The notes under the pieces were generated by a model. That model did not search any database. It was given only the letters and a program-made list of their open reading frames with translations, and was not told the DNA's origin. A DNA stretch of 64,000 nt from a virus (Duplodnaviria > Heunggongvirae > Uroviricota > Caudoviricetes): IMG/VR virus record IMGVR_UViG_3300006204_000001; one strand, 5' to 3'. Position numbers and translations under genes: made by a program. How positions within the stretch are numbered: position 1 is the first letter of the stretch; the number at the start of each line of letters is the position of its first letter. Below are positions 37,361-47,004 of this stretch, piece by piece.

Positions 37361-37546
37361 AATTATATTAAATACTATTATTAAGATACTAGGATTTGGG
37401 ATTCATATACTTAGTAATTTTAATATAGATAATAAAATGGCAGTAATATTTATAGAAATCATTATAAGTTTACATATTACTAGGAATTACAATATTATAT
37501 TAATATAATATTAGAGAAAAATAAAGTTATTTCAATAAATTAAATA

Positions 37547-37577
37547 AATAATGGGTATCATAATGATACCCATTATT
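37547..37577. terminator. Near-perfect palindrome, probable terminator
   Basis: AATAATGGGTATCAT-a-ATGATACCCATTATT. Confidence 0.75.
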
Positions 37578-37598
37578 ATATATTTTATTTTAACTTTA

Positions 37599-38471
37599 TT
37601 AAATTCTTATTACATCCTTTTCTTGTACGATAATATATTCATAATCACTTACTTTGGATTCCATATTAATAGTATATGAACGCATCTCGCTATTCCTTTC
37701 AATTACATATCCATAACATATACTACCATCTTTTTTTCTTATTTTTACTCTATCACCATGTTTAAAATCATTATTCTCATCTTTATTTATGTTTTTAGAT
37801 ATTTGAAGATTATCAGTAGAATATGTTTTATAATATAATTCTAAAACATATAATGCATATTGTAATGGTATAAATTTTACATTTGTCTTAGTAGTTTTAA
37901 TTATTCTTTGTTCCATATTTTCTTCATCAGATATAATAAATCCTTCTATATCTGATATTTTATTTCTCAGTGTAGCATCATATATACTTGCAACATTTCC
38001 TCTAACAATGATTTTAACAGCTGATATGTTATCTATAATTATACTATCTTCACCATCTTCTTCACGTTTATCTATTATATATAATCTATTCTCCTTTACT
38101 TTATTCTGATAATTTTCAATTATGTATAACATGAATTTTTTAATGGTGGTTTTAAATAATGGATTAATTTCATCCCAATATGGAAATTTATCAATGTAAA
38201 ATGTTTTTGAATATTTCTTAAGTTTATCATTATCATCATATACCCCAAATTGGCAATTAGCTATTTCAACATAATCTTTGTCATCATAATCATATATGAG
38301 TAATATAGTCTGATAATGTTCCAATGTAAAAATACACAAATCAATCTGGTTGGTATTTTTATCATAGTATAACATGAATCTATCATTATTAAAAACAATA
38401 GGATCATTTTTGATATTATTTTCTTTAAAGTATTTAGCTGCAATTACAAAATCATATATTGTATAATTCAT
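37599..38471 (-). CDS. Hypothetical protein with C-terminal KOW/Tudor-like module
   Basis: FKHGDRVKIRKKDGSICYGYVI. The N-terminal domain resembles 38486..38860. Confidence 0.7.
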   Translation of the reverse strand: MNYTIYDFVIAAKYFKENNIKNDPIVFNNDRFMLYYDKNTNQIDLCIFTLEHYQTILLIYDYDDKDYVEIANCQFGVYDDNDKLKKYSKTFYIDKFPYWDEINPLFKTTIKKFMLYIIENYQNKVKENRLYIIDKREEDGEDSIIIDNISAVKIIVRGNVASIYDATLRNKISDIEGFIISDEENMEQRIIKTTKTNVKFIPLQYALYVLELYYKTYSTDNLQISKNINKDENNDFKHGDRVKIRKKDGSICYGYVIERNSEMRSYTINMESKVSDYEYIIVQEKDVIRI

Positions 38472-38485
38472 TTATATTATTCCTC

Positions 38486-38860
38486 CTATATATTCATTAT
38501 ATATTCAATAAACTTTTTAAGTATATCACCATAAACTTTATTCTCTTCTTCCCACATAATTTTATTAAGCTTTACATCTAATGACATCATTGTTACCATT
38601 TGTTTTAGATTAAATGAATTATTTACATAACCATATCTTGTAGGATGATAGAATTCAAAATTATCTCTAATATAATATAAAAGACAAATGCATTTATATC
38701 TACCTTTAACTTTGAGACATATGTCAATCTCATTATTATGATGCAATAAAATTCTAAACATTTTCTTTTCAAGTATAACATCATAATACTTATGATCATT
38801 ATTACCTTTCTTACAGATAGATCTTACCTTGTCAAATAAATCTCTAAAAGTTCCTTCCAT
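38486..38860 (-). CDS. Hypothetical protein
   Basis: 124 aa, RBS AAGGAGGA. Confidence 0.75.
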   Translation of the reverse strand: MEGTFRDLFDKVRSICKKGNNDHKYYDVILEKKMFRILLHHNNEIDICLKVKGRYKCICLLYYIRDNFEFYHPTRYGYVNNSFNLKQMVTMMSLDVKLNKIMWEEENKVYGDILKKFIEYIMNI

Positions 38861-38908
38861 ATATAGATTCCTCCTTAAAATATATTTTTATTACATTATA
38901 AAAATATA

Positions 38909-41230
38909 TCATTTAGAATCATATCCTATTTTCTTTGCTATAGCATATGATTCTAATAATTTTAATTCATCTAATTCATTTTGATCTATTACTAATAATG
39001 ACCATTCATCTGGTATCACTAGATGTCTTACATCCAAATTGAATTCAGGATGTTTAACTATCAATCTATTCCAATAATAAACATTTGCTAAATGTTCTGC
39101 ATACATCTGTATACAAGTAAACATAACACGTTTATTAGGAGTATTAAAAATAGTATGGTTTAATGCTAAACAATATTGACAGCTATTATTTATAGGACAC
39201 TCATAACAAATATCATTTGTACTACCTCTTCTTGTAACATTATCTAATATCTCTGTAATTTCATTATTATCTGCTCTACTAATAACTCCATTATCAATAT
39301 TACCTATACATAGATCTTTAACATCATTACCAACACTAGTTGGCATATATCTAATACATGGATAAAAATCTCCATTAGGTCTAATTGCAAACATTGAAAG
39401 TTCTCCGCCGCAGGCTGCACCATCCATAGATTTTTCACTAGGACCTTCTTGTCTATCTCTAAATATAGCAATATAAATATTATATAGATCATTATCAATA
39501 ATATAGTCAGCTAATTTCTTTAATTGATTATATTCTTCTAATGCTGTTTCCTGATTCCATCCTTCTTCGAATATGCAATTTAAATTAATAGACATCATTC
39601 CTTTATTAATAAAATCTATTACTGATTCATATAAATATTTCATGTTAGAAGGTGACAATGTCATTTTACTATTTCTTTCAGATGTATAATTATCATTAAA
39701 ATGATTTAATGCCAGCATATCAATATCATATGATCCTTCTCCATTTGGTTGAATCCTACACGTATCATGTAATTCTCTATTACCATCTATAGATATATTA
39801 AATGAAATATTTTGAATGTAATCTTTAAAGAAATCTTGTACATCTTTTTCAAAATATGCCAATCCATTAGAGCATATAGATAATCTATGTAATTTAAACC
39901 ACGGATGATTTAAATCATAACATCTATCAAGAAAATATTCATATATTTGTCTGATTAGTTTAATTTCTAACAAAGGTTCTCCACCTATAAATTCTATTAT
40001 TATAGCAGGAGAATTATATCTATTAATATATCCATATTCATCATTCAATAATTTATCAATAAATTTCTTAGCAGTTTCAAATTCCATTCTCATTGGAGTT
40101 TTATTGAACTGATAACAATTATGCACCAATAAGTTATTTGCTATATACGTATGAGATTCAGTTTCAAAATTATATACATCTTTTTCTCCTAAATCATAAC
40201 TACATTCTATATTATACCAACCTGGCTCAATATAGATAGGAGCACAAGTATATGATCTCTCAAACCCTTTAACTGCCTTTCCTATTTCCATTTCTTCTAA
40301 ACATACCAAAGAATCTTCTGTTTCATTTATTTCATCAATTCGTTTCCAACCTTTACTTGTTAATATAGGATGCTCTTCAGTAATAAATATATGAATATCA
40401 CCACTATGATTTAGTTGTAATTCATTTTTTCCTCCATATATAGTAATCATGAATACCTTACTTTTTCTATGGAATAATTTAGTTACTTTAGTAGGATATA
40501 ATTTATTTTGACTATCTAAATCTTCATTGAATCCTAATACTATATCTCCTACTTGAATATCTTCTATTTTCTTTGTACTATAATCTGCCATCTTTATATC
40601 AGTACCTTTAATAAGGCAATATGTACATTGTAATGAACAACGTTCAGTAACTTGAAAAGTTAATGAATGTGTAAATACCTCCTTATCGGCACCTGTGCCT
40701 ATTATATGTTGCTCTTTATTCTCAAATAATTCAGGATAAGCTTTAGCTATAGCATCATTATAAGAATCAGTGTTATACCTAAAATAATCATTAGGAAATA
40801 TATTTAATACTTCATTGTCTTCTAATGTATCATTTAAATAATTTATATATTTTTCATTTTCTGATATGATATCCATATCAAATCTAACATTAATACTATC
40901 TATCTTTACATCTCGTATTAATATGTCTTTAATATAATATTTTGGATTACCTATTTCAGGTGGTGTATATAATACATCTAATAATAATGCATGACAGAAT
41001 TCTCCAAATAAATTTCTTAGGTCGATTGCTTTAGCGGTAAATTCTTTTTGTAAATCAGGTAATGTAATTTGGTTCTTATTATGATTTATCATATATTTAA
41101 TTCTAAATAATAAACTATCTAATTCTAATGATGTACGATCTAAATCATATCCATTAAATAATTTAACACACATTGTATCAAATTGGTGTTTATATAAAAC
41201 TATATTTTTTGTAAGTTTATATACATTCAT
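38909..41230 (-). CDS. Radical SAM/SPASM enzyme resembling CXXX-repeat peptide maturases, with intein
   Basis: TFQVTERCSLQCTY^CYQ, MEFETAKKFID, EFIGGEPLLE, NHPWF, SNG, ISIDG, SPASM Cys pattern (ACGG...YPCIRY...CYECPINNSCQYC). Confidence 0.85.
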   Translation of the reverse strand: MNVYKLTKNIVLYKHQFDTMCVKLFNGYDLDRTSLELDSLLFRIKYMINHNKNQITLPDLQKEFTAKAIDLRNLFGEFCHALLLDVLYTPPEIGNPKYYIKDILIRDVKIDSINVRFDMDIISENEKYINYLNDTLEDNEVLNIFPNDYFRYNTDSYNDAIAKAYPELFENKEQHIIGTGADKEVFTHSLTFQVTERCSLQCTYCLIKGTDIKMADYSTKKIEDIQVGDIVLGFNEDLDSQNKLYPTKVTKLFHRKSKVFMITIYGGKNELQLNHSGDIHIFITEEHPILTSKGWKRIDEINETEDSLVCLEEMEIGKAVKGFERSYTCAPIYIEPGWYNIECSYDLGEKDVYNFETESHTYIANNLLVHNCYQFNKTPMRMEFETAKKFIDKLLNDEYGYINRYNSPAIIIEFIGGEPLLEIKLIRQIYEYFLDRCYDLNHPWFKLHRLSICSNGLAYFEKDVQDFFKDYIQNISFNISIDGNRELHDTCRIQPNGEGSYDIDMLALNHFNDNYTSERNSKMTLSPSNMKYLYESVIDFINKGMMSINLNCIFEEGWNQETALEEYNQLKKLADYIIDNDLYNIYIAIFRDRQEGPSEKSMDGAACGGELSMFAIRPNGDFYPCIRYMPTSVGNDVKDLCIGNIDNGVISRADNNEITEILDNVTRRGSTNDICYECPINNSCQYCLALNHTIFNTPNKRVMFTCIQMYAEHLANVYYWNRLIVKHPEFNLDVRHLVIPDEWSLLVIDQNELDELKLLESYAIAKKIGYDSK
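40118..40618 (-). mobile_element. 167-aa mini-intein inside the CxxxCxxC motif
   Basis: CLIKGTDIKMAD...KIEDIQVGD...ITEEHP...VYNFETESHTYIANNLLVHN|C. Canonical Cys1, TxxH and HN; the +1 Cys is the third Fe-S ligand. Confidence 0.93.
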
Positions 41231-41285
41231 AATGTTATCCTCCTAATTAATATAATTATATTAATATTGTATAAAATGAATAAAA

Positions 41286-41320
41286 AATAATATATGGAGA
41301 TATTATCTCCATATATTATT
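41286..41320. terminator. Near-perfect palindrome, probable terminator
   Basis: AATAATATATGGAGATA-t-TATCTCCATATATTATT. Confidence 0.75.
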
Positions 41321-41465
41321 AATCATTATTTTCATTTAACATAGTAATATATGTATCACATTTATCTTTATTAATACATATATTGCATTGTTCTATAATA
41401 ACGTATTCTCCATTAGGTTTATTTGGACAAGGGAATTTTATATTATTTTCTTTATTCATTTCCAT
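41319..41465 (-). CDS. 48-aa Cys-containing peptide (not in ORF track)
   Basis: RBS AAGGAGGTG, MEMNKENNIKFPCPNKPNGEYVIIEQCNICINKDKCDTYITMLNENND*. Confidence 0.7.
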   Translation of the reverse strand: MEMNKENNIKFPCPNKPNGEYVIIEQCNICINKDKCDTYITMLNENND

Positions 41466-41498
41466 TACACCTCCTTTTATGAATAACGTTATTAATAT

Positions 41499-42317
41499 TT
41501 AATCTATAAGCTTTATTTCTTCTGGTACATATTCTTTCTCCTTTATTGTATTATATTTCTCTAATATCTCTTTTACTTTCAATCTTACTTTATCTGATAC
41601 ATTATCGATTTTACCTTTATCAATCATAGTCAATGCATTATATTGAGTAATACAAGGTTTACATCTTTTACATGGTACATTATATTCTGATGGGTTTTCA
41701 CATGTCCATGTCATATCAAATAAATCATACTCTATAAGTTTAATAATAATCTTATATTTTTCCATCATTAAATATGGCTCTCTCAAAATTAAATTCTTTT
41801 TTAATAGTCCATTGATTCCTTCAAAAAATTTTTGGTATGATGCCTGATTTGTATAAAATGTTAAATCATCATCTTTAATAGCTCCAGTATAAATATATGC
41901 ATTATCACATGAATATACTGATGCCAAAGATAACCAAAATACTGATTGACCATATCCTGCATTCAAATGAAATGGTCCAGTCATACCTGTAGATTTATAA
42001 GACATGGTTAATGTAAAATGTCTAAATTGAGAATAATGATCTCCTAATCTGTCACAATATGATTTAAATAATTCCCTAGAAGCATTTTCATTCTTAATTT
42101 TCATTGGTAATAAACATTCAGGTTCAAATGATACTGCAGTAACATGATTTGATCCGTATTTCTGTAATAATTCATATAACAATAAAGTTGAATCTGTTCC
42201 TCCACTCCATAAAACAAAATGATGTTGGTGTTTATCGCTATAATCATGATATATTAAATCTAATAAATTATCTTTACCACTAGTAAATACGTCTATATAT
42301 TTTCTTTCTACACACAT
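41499..42317 (-). CDS. QueC-like PP-loop ATP pyrophosphatase
   Basis: VLWSGGTDST, PYLMMEK, TWTC...PCKRCKPC Zn motif. Confidence 0.8.
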   Translation of the reverse strand: MCVERKYIDVFTSGKDNLLDLIYHDYSDKHQHHFVLWSGGTDSTLLLYELLQKYGSNHVTAVSFEPECLLPMKIKNENASRELFKSYCDRLGDHYSQFRHFTLTMSYKSTGMTGPFHLNAGYGQSVFWLSLASVYSCDNAYIYTGAIKDDDLTFYTNQASYQKFFEGINGLLKKNLILREPYLMMEKYKIIIKLIEYDLFDMTWTCENPSEYNVPCKRCKPCITQYNALTMIDKGKIDNVSDKVRLKVKEILEKYNTIKEKEYVPEEIKLID

Positions 42318-42340
42318 AATAATTCTCCTTAAAATAAAAA

Positions 42341-42368
42341 TAAAGAAGGTTCATATGAACCTTCTTTA
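42341..42368. terminator. Perfect 28-bp palindrome, probable terminator
   Basis: TAAAGAAGGTTCAT|ATGAACCTTCTTTA. Confidence 0.75.
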
Positions 42369-42399
42369 ATATAGTTGGGTTATCGTTTTATTCGAGGGA

Positions 42400-42693
42400 T
42401 TAACACGGTTCACAAAAACTATTCAGATAGTCTTCTTTAGTGAACCGTAAGGCATATGACTTAATGTCATTTAATCGTATACAATCTTTGAATACAGGTA
42501 TTCCCTCATTATACCTATAACCTTCAACTGTATACGTAGATGCAATCTTTTCATTTGGATACATTTTAAGATAGAATGTTTTAAATCTTAAAATAAATCC
42601 ATTTCCAATACCAGTAGTTTTTACCATGGTATGAGGTAAAATAAAACACTCACTTATTTCATTTTCCGATTTAAATCGTATATATGTTGCCAT
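42400..42693 (-). CDS. Hypothetical protein
   Basis: 97 aa, directly downstream of 42695..43267. Confidence 0.65.
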   Translation of the reverse strand: MATYIRFKSENEISECFILPHTMVKTTGIGNGFILRFKTFYLKMYPNEKIASTYTVEGYRYNEGIPVFKDCIRLNDIKSYALRFTKEDYLNSFCEPC

Positions 42694-42694
42694 T

Positions 42695-43267
42695 TTACTT
42701 TACTACGTTTCCGTTAAGATCCTTACGTACCTTAGAAACAATACATGGCTTTGGAACAGGAGACTTAGTTCTTACCTGAACATAATCCTTAGTTGTTGTT
42801 GTTACCGATCCTACAACCTGCTTAGAATTAATATCCCTTACATCTGATGTCTTGATTTTACCTTCAACAGGTGCAAGATATACAGAACCCTGTACAGTAG
42901 GCATATTTGGAAGATCAAACTTTTTACCAGACTTAAGCTGTTCCATAACAATATAAGGAATAGCTTCTGCCAATCCGGTTGTAACAATTTCTGTTGTCTT
43001 AAGAACATCTGCTTCAGACTTCTGAGGCCACTTAGCCTTTTCCAATGTCTTCTGTAAATCAGATCTGATCAATTCAGAAATATTTACTGTCTCTGTCTCA
43101 TTTCCATCCTTATCAAAAGTTTTGATACCGAAACTTGTGTCATTAGCCAATGCACTTACAGTATTACTGAATCCAACTTTTGAAAATGACCCTTTACCTG
43201 TCATAATCTCATTGATCTTATCCTGGCCCTTAATTGAACCAAGAACATCGTTTACCATTTTACTCAT
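42695..43267 (-). CDS. Probable HU/IHF-like DNA-binding protein with N-terminal extension
   Basis: AIPYIVMEQLKSGKKFDL...GSVYL...KTSDVRDINSKQVVG...VQVRTK resembles the HU helix plus beta-arm. RBS AGGAGG. The function call is tentative. Confidence 0.45.
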   Translation of the reverse strand: MSKMVNDVLGSIKGQDKINEIMTGKGSFSKVGFSNTVSALANDTSFGIKTFDKDGNETETVNISELIRSDLQKTLEKAKWPQKSEADVLKTTEIVTTGLAEAIPYIVMEQLKSGKKFDLPNMPTVQGSVYLAPVEGKIKTSDVRDINSKQVVGSVTTTTKDYVQVRTKSPVPKPCIVSKVRKDLNGNVVK

Positions 43268-43420
43268 GATAAAATTCCTCCTATTAATTTTTATTTAGTT
43301 ATTGCCCAATATATTGAACAATTTACATTATTGGTATATATTGAAATAATTTTTATATAGTAATTACTGCTAATAATATAAATAAATTCAATATATCCCA
43401 TTAATAATATATATGTGAAA

Positions 43421-43455
43421 ATAAAAGCTCCTGGGATTTTCTCAGGAGCTTTTAT
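43421..43455. terminator. Intrinsic terminator
   Basis: ATAAAAGCTCCTG...CAGGAGCTTTTAT. Confidence 0.75.
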
Positions 43456-43486
43456 TTAACTATAAAGGAAAAAGATCTTTATTACT

Positions 43487-43909
43487 TTATTTATTATTTT
43501 CTAATCTTTGTATTTCTTCTTGGAACTGTTCAGTCATATCTAATACTATAGCATATTCCCTATCCAGTTCTTCTTTTTCTTTCTTTAATTCAATAAATTT
43601 TTCTTTTAAATTTTCAGCATCTTCAAATATACCATCATCTATATAATGAGCATTATTTGTAGTTCTAGTATTTTTCAATATAGCCATATTGGTATTCATG
43701 ATTAATAGCATCATGTCATGAGCTAAAAATTGTATTTCTTTATCCTTTTTTGAAAGTTTTTGTTTTAACTTTTTTTCTTTCTCAATAAATGTACTTTGTT
43801 CATCTATTTTATTTATTACCTTATCTTGTCTCTTCTGAATTATCAATGTAATCACTGAGAATACAGATGTGATTAAAGCGATAATTACTGCTGATGTCCA
43901 TTCGTTCAT
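43487..43909 (-). CDS. N-terminal TM plus coiled-coil protein (holin-like topology)
   Basis: WTSAVIIALITSVFSVITLII followed by a charged coiled coil. Confidence 0.6.
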   Translation of the reverse strand: MNEWTSAVIIALITSVFSVITLIIQKRQDKVINKIDEQSTFIEKEKKLKQKLSKKDKEIQFLAHDMMLLIMNTNMAILKNTRTTNNAHYIDDGIFEDAENLKEKFIELKKEKEELDREYAIVLDMTEQFQEEIQRLENNK

Positions 43910-43936
43910 ATTTTATCTCCTCCCTCTAAGTTTTCA

Positions 43937-44554
43937 TTACGACATAATTCTATATCTTATTTCTGAAGAAAGAGATCTATGTATTCTCACGCTTTCTTCA
44001 TATTGTTTTAATTTAATTTTTATAAGTAAAATAAAAATTAAAATGAGAATTATACAACATACAAAAGTAAATACCCAAATATTTTTTACTTGATGTTTAC
44101 TCATGTATATCATTACAAGACATTTATTATTTTGATTATCAGTAATCCATCTAAAATAAATATCTTCTTCCATATCATTTATTCTTATACATGTATGGCC
44201 TTCTTCATGTTCCTTTAATAAATCTATTAATCCAGATTCATTTCTTATATCTTTACTAATATATTCATCATCTTCTTTAAATTGAATACGAAAAATTTGT
44301 TCAAAATCTTCAGAATACATTTCAATCATTTTATATGAACCAGGTCTAAATGAAATAATCTTCTCAGCAAATTCATTATGTAAATCCATATTAGTTTCAC
44401 TATGGACCATTAATAATTGCTCCTCATTAGATATAATTATTTCATTCATTTTAGATCTAGTAAAGTACATCAAATAACAAATGCATATTGCAATTAGAAC
44501 TATAATTCCAATTTCAAATTTATAATTGTTACTTCTTGACTTCATATTAGACAA
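43937..44554 (-). CDS. Two-TM membrane protein with extracytoplasmic domain
   Basis: TM near residues 14-31, about 130-aa loop, TM near 160-185, short basic tail. Confidence 0.7.
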   Translation of the reverse strand: MSNMKSRSNNYKFEIGIIVLIAICICYLMYFTRSKMNEIIISNEEQLLMVHSETNMDLHNEFAEKIISFRPGSYKMIEMYSEDFEQIFRIQFKEDDEYISKDIRNESGLIDLLKEHEEGHTCIRINDMEEDIYFRWITDNQNNKCLVMIYMSKHQVKNIWVFTFVCCIILILIFILLIKIKLKQYEESVRIHRSLSSEIRYRIMS

Positions 44555-44595
44555 CTCCTTTCTTTATAATATTCTATTTACATGACTGTAAAAAT

Positions 44596-44627
44596 AATAA
44601 GAAGGGGAATTAATTCCCCTTCTTATT
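44596..44627. terminator. Perfect 32-bp palindrome, probable terminator
   Basis: AATAAGAAGGGGAATT|AATTCCCCTTCTTATT. Confidence 0.8.
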
Positions 44628-45607
44628 TATCTTCCATATAATCTATAAATAGCTTGTACTGAATCTCCATCTGTAAGAGCTATAGACGGTCTAGTAAAAT
44701 GTGTAAACATTCTAATTGATTCATAATCCCCTAATTGGTTATTATACCATCCTGATACTAATGCTAATTCATTTACACGTGGTATAGAATTAGTAGTAGT
44801 AAACCATCCCCTGCCATCATCAAGATCAATAGATATATTCATCTCTACATATGATTCAATTGGTATACTAGATGTTGATGCAAAAACGGTATCATCTACT
44901 ATAGAAAATTCTTTTCTATTACCAGTAGCCCATACATGTACAATATGCGGTTTAGGATTATCAAATGTTTTTATATATGATGAAGTAATAATTTCGTTTG
45001 ATCCTTGTTTTACAGATTTTGCATTACCAAAATATTTTCCTTGTGGTAAATCAAAACCATCATTTGACATTCTAAACGGTACCGCTCTAAATAAAGTTCT
45101 ATCCTTATAATTAGGAGCTATAGCAGTTGTACCATCACCTTTAGCTCCTCCATCTCCCATCATAAAACCAAATATAAAATTATTAGCTGATATATTAATA
45201 CCAGGATTAATTTGCATTGCTCCATTAGTAATAGAACATTCAGCATTATAATGAATTGAATTATATTGTTCTCTCTGTACACCTATCTTCATTAGTGGTG
45301 CTTCGTCATTAAGATCTCCAACTCGTAATGTTGTTTCCTGATCTAATCCAATATTAAATAGTTTATCAAATGCAAATTGATAACCTCCTATAGGAACTAT
45401 ATTTGGTAATATTTCTGTTACTTCATCAAATTCAGTTCTATAATTTTCATTTCCATATGGATCAATATAATGAACTACATGTCTTCCTTTACCAAATATT
45501 ACTTCACCTTTAAATCCGCCTAATTCTTTTTCTGTTGTTGATACTTTATCTCTTATATTAATTCTTTTTATTCTATTTTTTCTATTCCATTTATTTGTTG
45601 AGCCCAT
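44627..45607 (-). CDS. Putative virion structural protein
   Basis: 326-aa beta-rich ORF ending THFTRPSIAL...AIYRLYGR. Structural role is inferred. Confidence 0.55.
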   Translation of the reverse strand: MGSTNKWNRKNRIKRINIRDKVSTTEKELGGFKGEVIFGKGRHVVHYIDPYGNENYRTEFDEVTEILPNIVPIGGYQFAFDKLFNIGLDQETTLRVGDLNDEAPLMKIGVQREQYNSIHYNAECSITNGAMQINPGINISANNFIFGFMMGDGGAKGDGTTAIAPNYKDRTLFRAVPFRMSNDGFDLPQGKYFGNAKSVKQGSNEIITSSYIKTFDNPKPHIVHVWATGNRKEFSIVDDTVFASTSSIPIESYVEMNISIDLDDGRGWFTTTNSIPRVNELALVSGWYNNQLGDYESIRMFTHFTRPSIALTDGDSVQAIYRLYGR

Positions 45608-45684
45608 CTTTATTCTTTCCTTTCTATACTTATAATTTAAACGTTACTCTTAGGTTTATAAAAACTCGCAAAGGAGATTTATAT

Positions 45685-47004
45685 ATGATTGAAAAAAGTG
45701 AGCATCCATTATCAGATGCAAAAATATATTTAACTAAATATCGTGTAGAACAATTAGTTTTTATGTTAGGGGAAACTAACCTTTCTATGGATCATACAAA
45801 TATTATATCTGTAGAATATTGTGCCGATTATGATTTCAATATACGAGCAATATTAAAAATATCCTTACGTATAGATGGTCGACAAAAATTATGGTTATTA
45901 CGTAATAAACGAAATATAACCTGTAAATTCCAATTTGTTAAATTTGGTATGGATGCTGAAGTTAATGAATCAGTAACGACATCAGAATATGTATGGAATC
46001 AAGATTTTAAAATCTATTTTTCTGATGCCGATGAAGCTATTGATACTAATTCAATGGAACAGCGATTAGATATTAATGAAGGATCATCTTATGCTTCTAC
46101 CGATATAAACAATGAAAACTATTATGAATCACAAAATTTATTAGATGTATTTTTATTTGATCAAGAATTATTAAATGCATCTAATATGATATTTAATGAA
46201 ATATTTACAAGTAATCTTCTTCAAACATGTGTAGGAAGATTATTGACTGCTACGAATCATAATAAAGTTTTAATGAGTCCATTTGAAAATGATGAGATAT
46301 ATAATGAATTGTTAGTACCTGCATTTCCAGCATGGAAATCATTGATTTATTTAGACCAATATTATGGATTCTATAAAACTGGTGCATTAATATTCTATGA
46401 TGTTGATATGCTTTACATAATAAATAGTAATGGTCAATTAACAGCTAAACGAGAAGGTGAATGGCCAGAAACTTCTATATATGTAACTACTCTTGATTAT
46501 AGCATTCCTGGAAATGGAATGTTTAGAAAAGAGCAACCAATCAACTATGTTTCTGTTAGTGAAATGGATTGTAACCCACATAACTTTTCAGAATCAAAAA
46601 ATGAAGAATTAGGTAGTGAAGCAAAGATAGTTGTAGCTGACGATATTAATGTAAATATTGCAGCTGCAAATCAATCTGTTATAGATCAACGTAATGAGAG
46701 TATTATGTATTCTAAAAAAGATGATAATAAATATCTTCCATATATTGTAATTGCACGTATGGAAGAAAATAAAGGTCAAATGTATATAACTTCACATAAT
46801 GTTGATATAACTGCATTCACACCTAATAAAATTTATAATATGATATATGATGATACTATTAAACAAGAAAATTATGGTAACGATAAAACATATCGTTTAT
46901 CATATGCATATCATTTATTTCAGATTGAATCTGGTGAATTTATGTCATCTACTCATAGAATAGTATTAAAACAACGAGTATCAGAAGAATCATTAGAAGA
47001 TTAA
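45685..47004 (+). CDS. Putative virion structural protein (baseplate-hub-like size)
   Basis: Start moved to ATG 45685 behind AAGGAG, in frame with ORF 45595..47004. Function tentative. Confidence 0.55.
   Translation: MIEKSEHPLSDAKIYLTKYRVEQLVFMLGETNLSMDHTNIISVEYCADYDFNIRAILKISLRIDGRQKLWLLRNKRNITCKFQFVKFGMDAEVNESVTTSEYVWNQDFKIYFSDADEAIDTNSMEQRLDINEGSSYASTDINNENYYESQNLLDVFLFDQELLNASNMIFNEIFTSNLLQTCVGRLLTATNHNKVLMSPFENDEIYNELLVPAFPAWKSLIYLDQYYGFYKTGALIFYDVDMLYIINSNGQLTAKREGEWPETSIYVTTLDYSIPGNGMFRKEQPINYVSVSEMDCNPHNFSESKNEELGSEAKIVVADDINVNIAAANQSVIDQRNESIMYSKKDDNKYLPYIVIARMEENKGQMYITSHNVDITAFTPNKIYNMIYDDTIKQENYGNDKTYRLSYAYHLFQIESGEFMSSTHRIVLKQRVSEESLED

Noticed and set aside
38909-41230. Radical SAM gene as QueE of a 7-deazaguanine pathway
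   Set aside because: Too long, has a SPASM domain and maturase-like motifs; QueE is short and lacks these.
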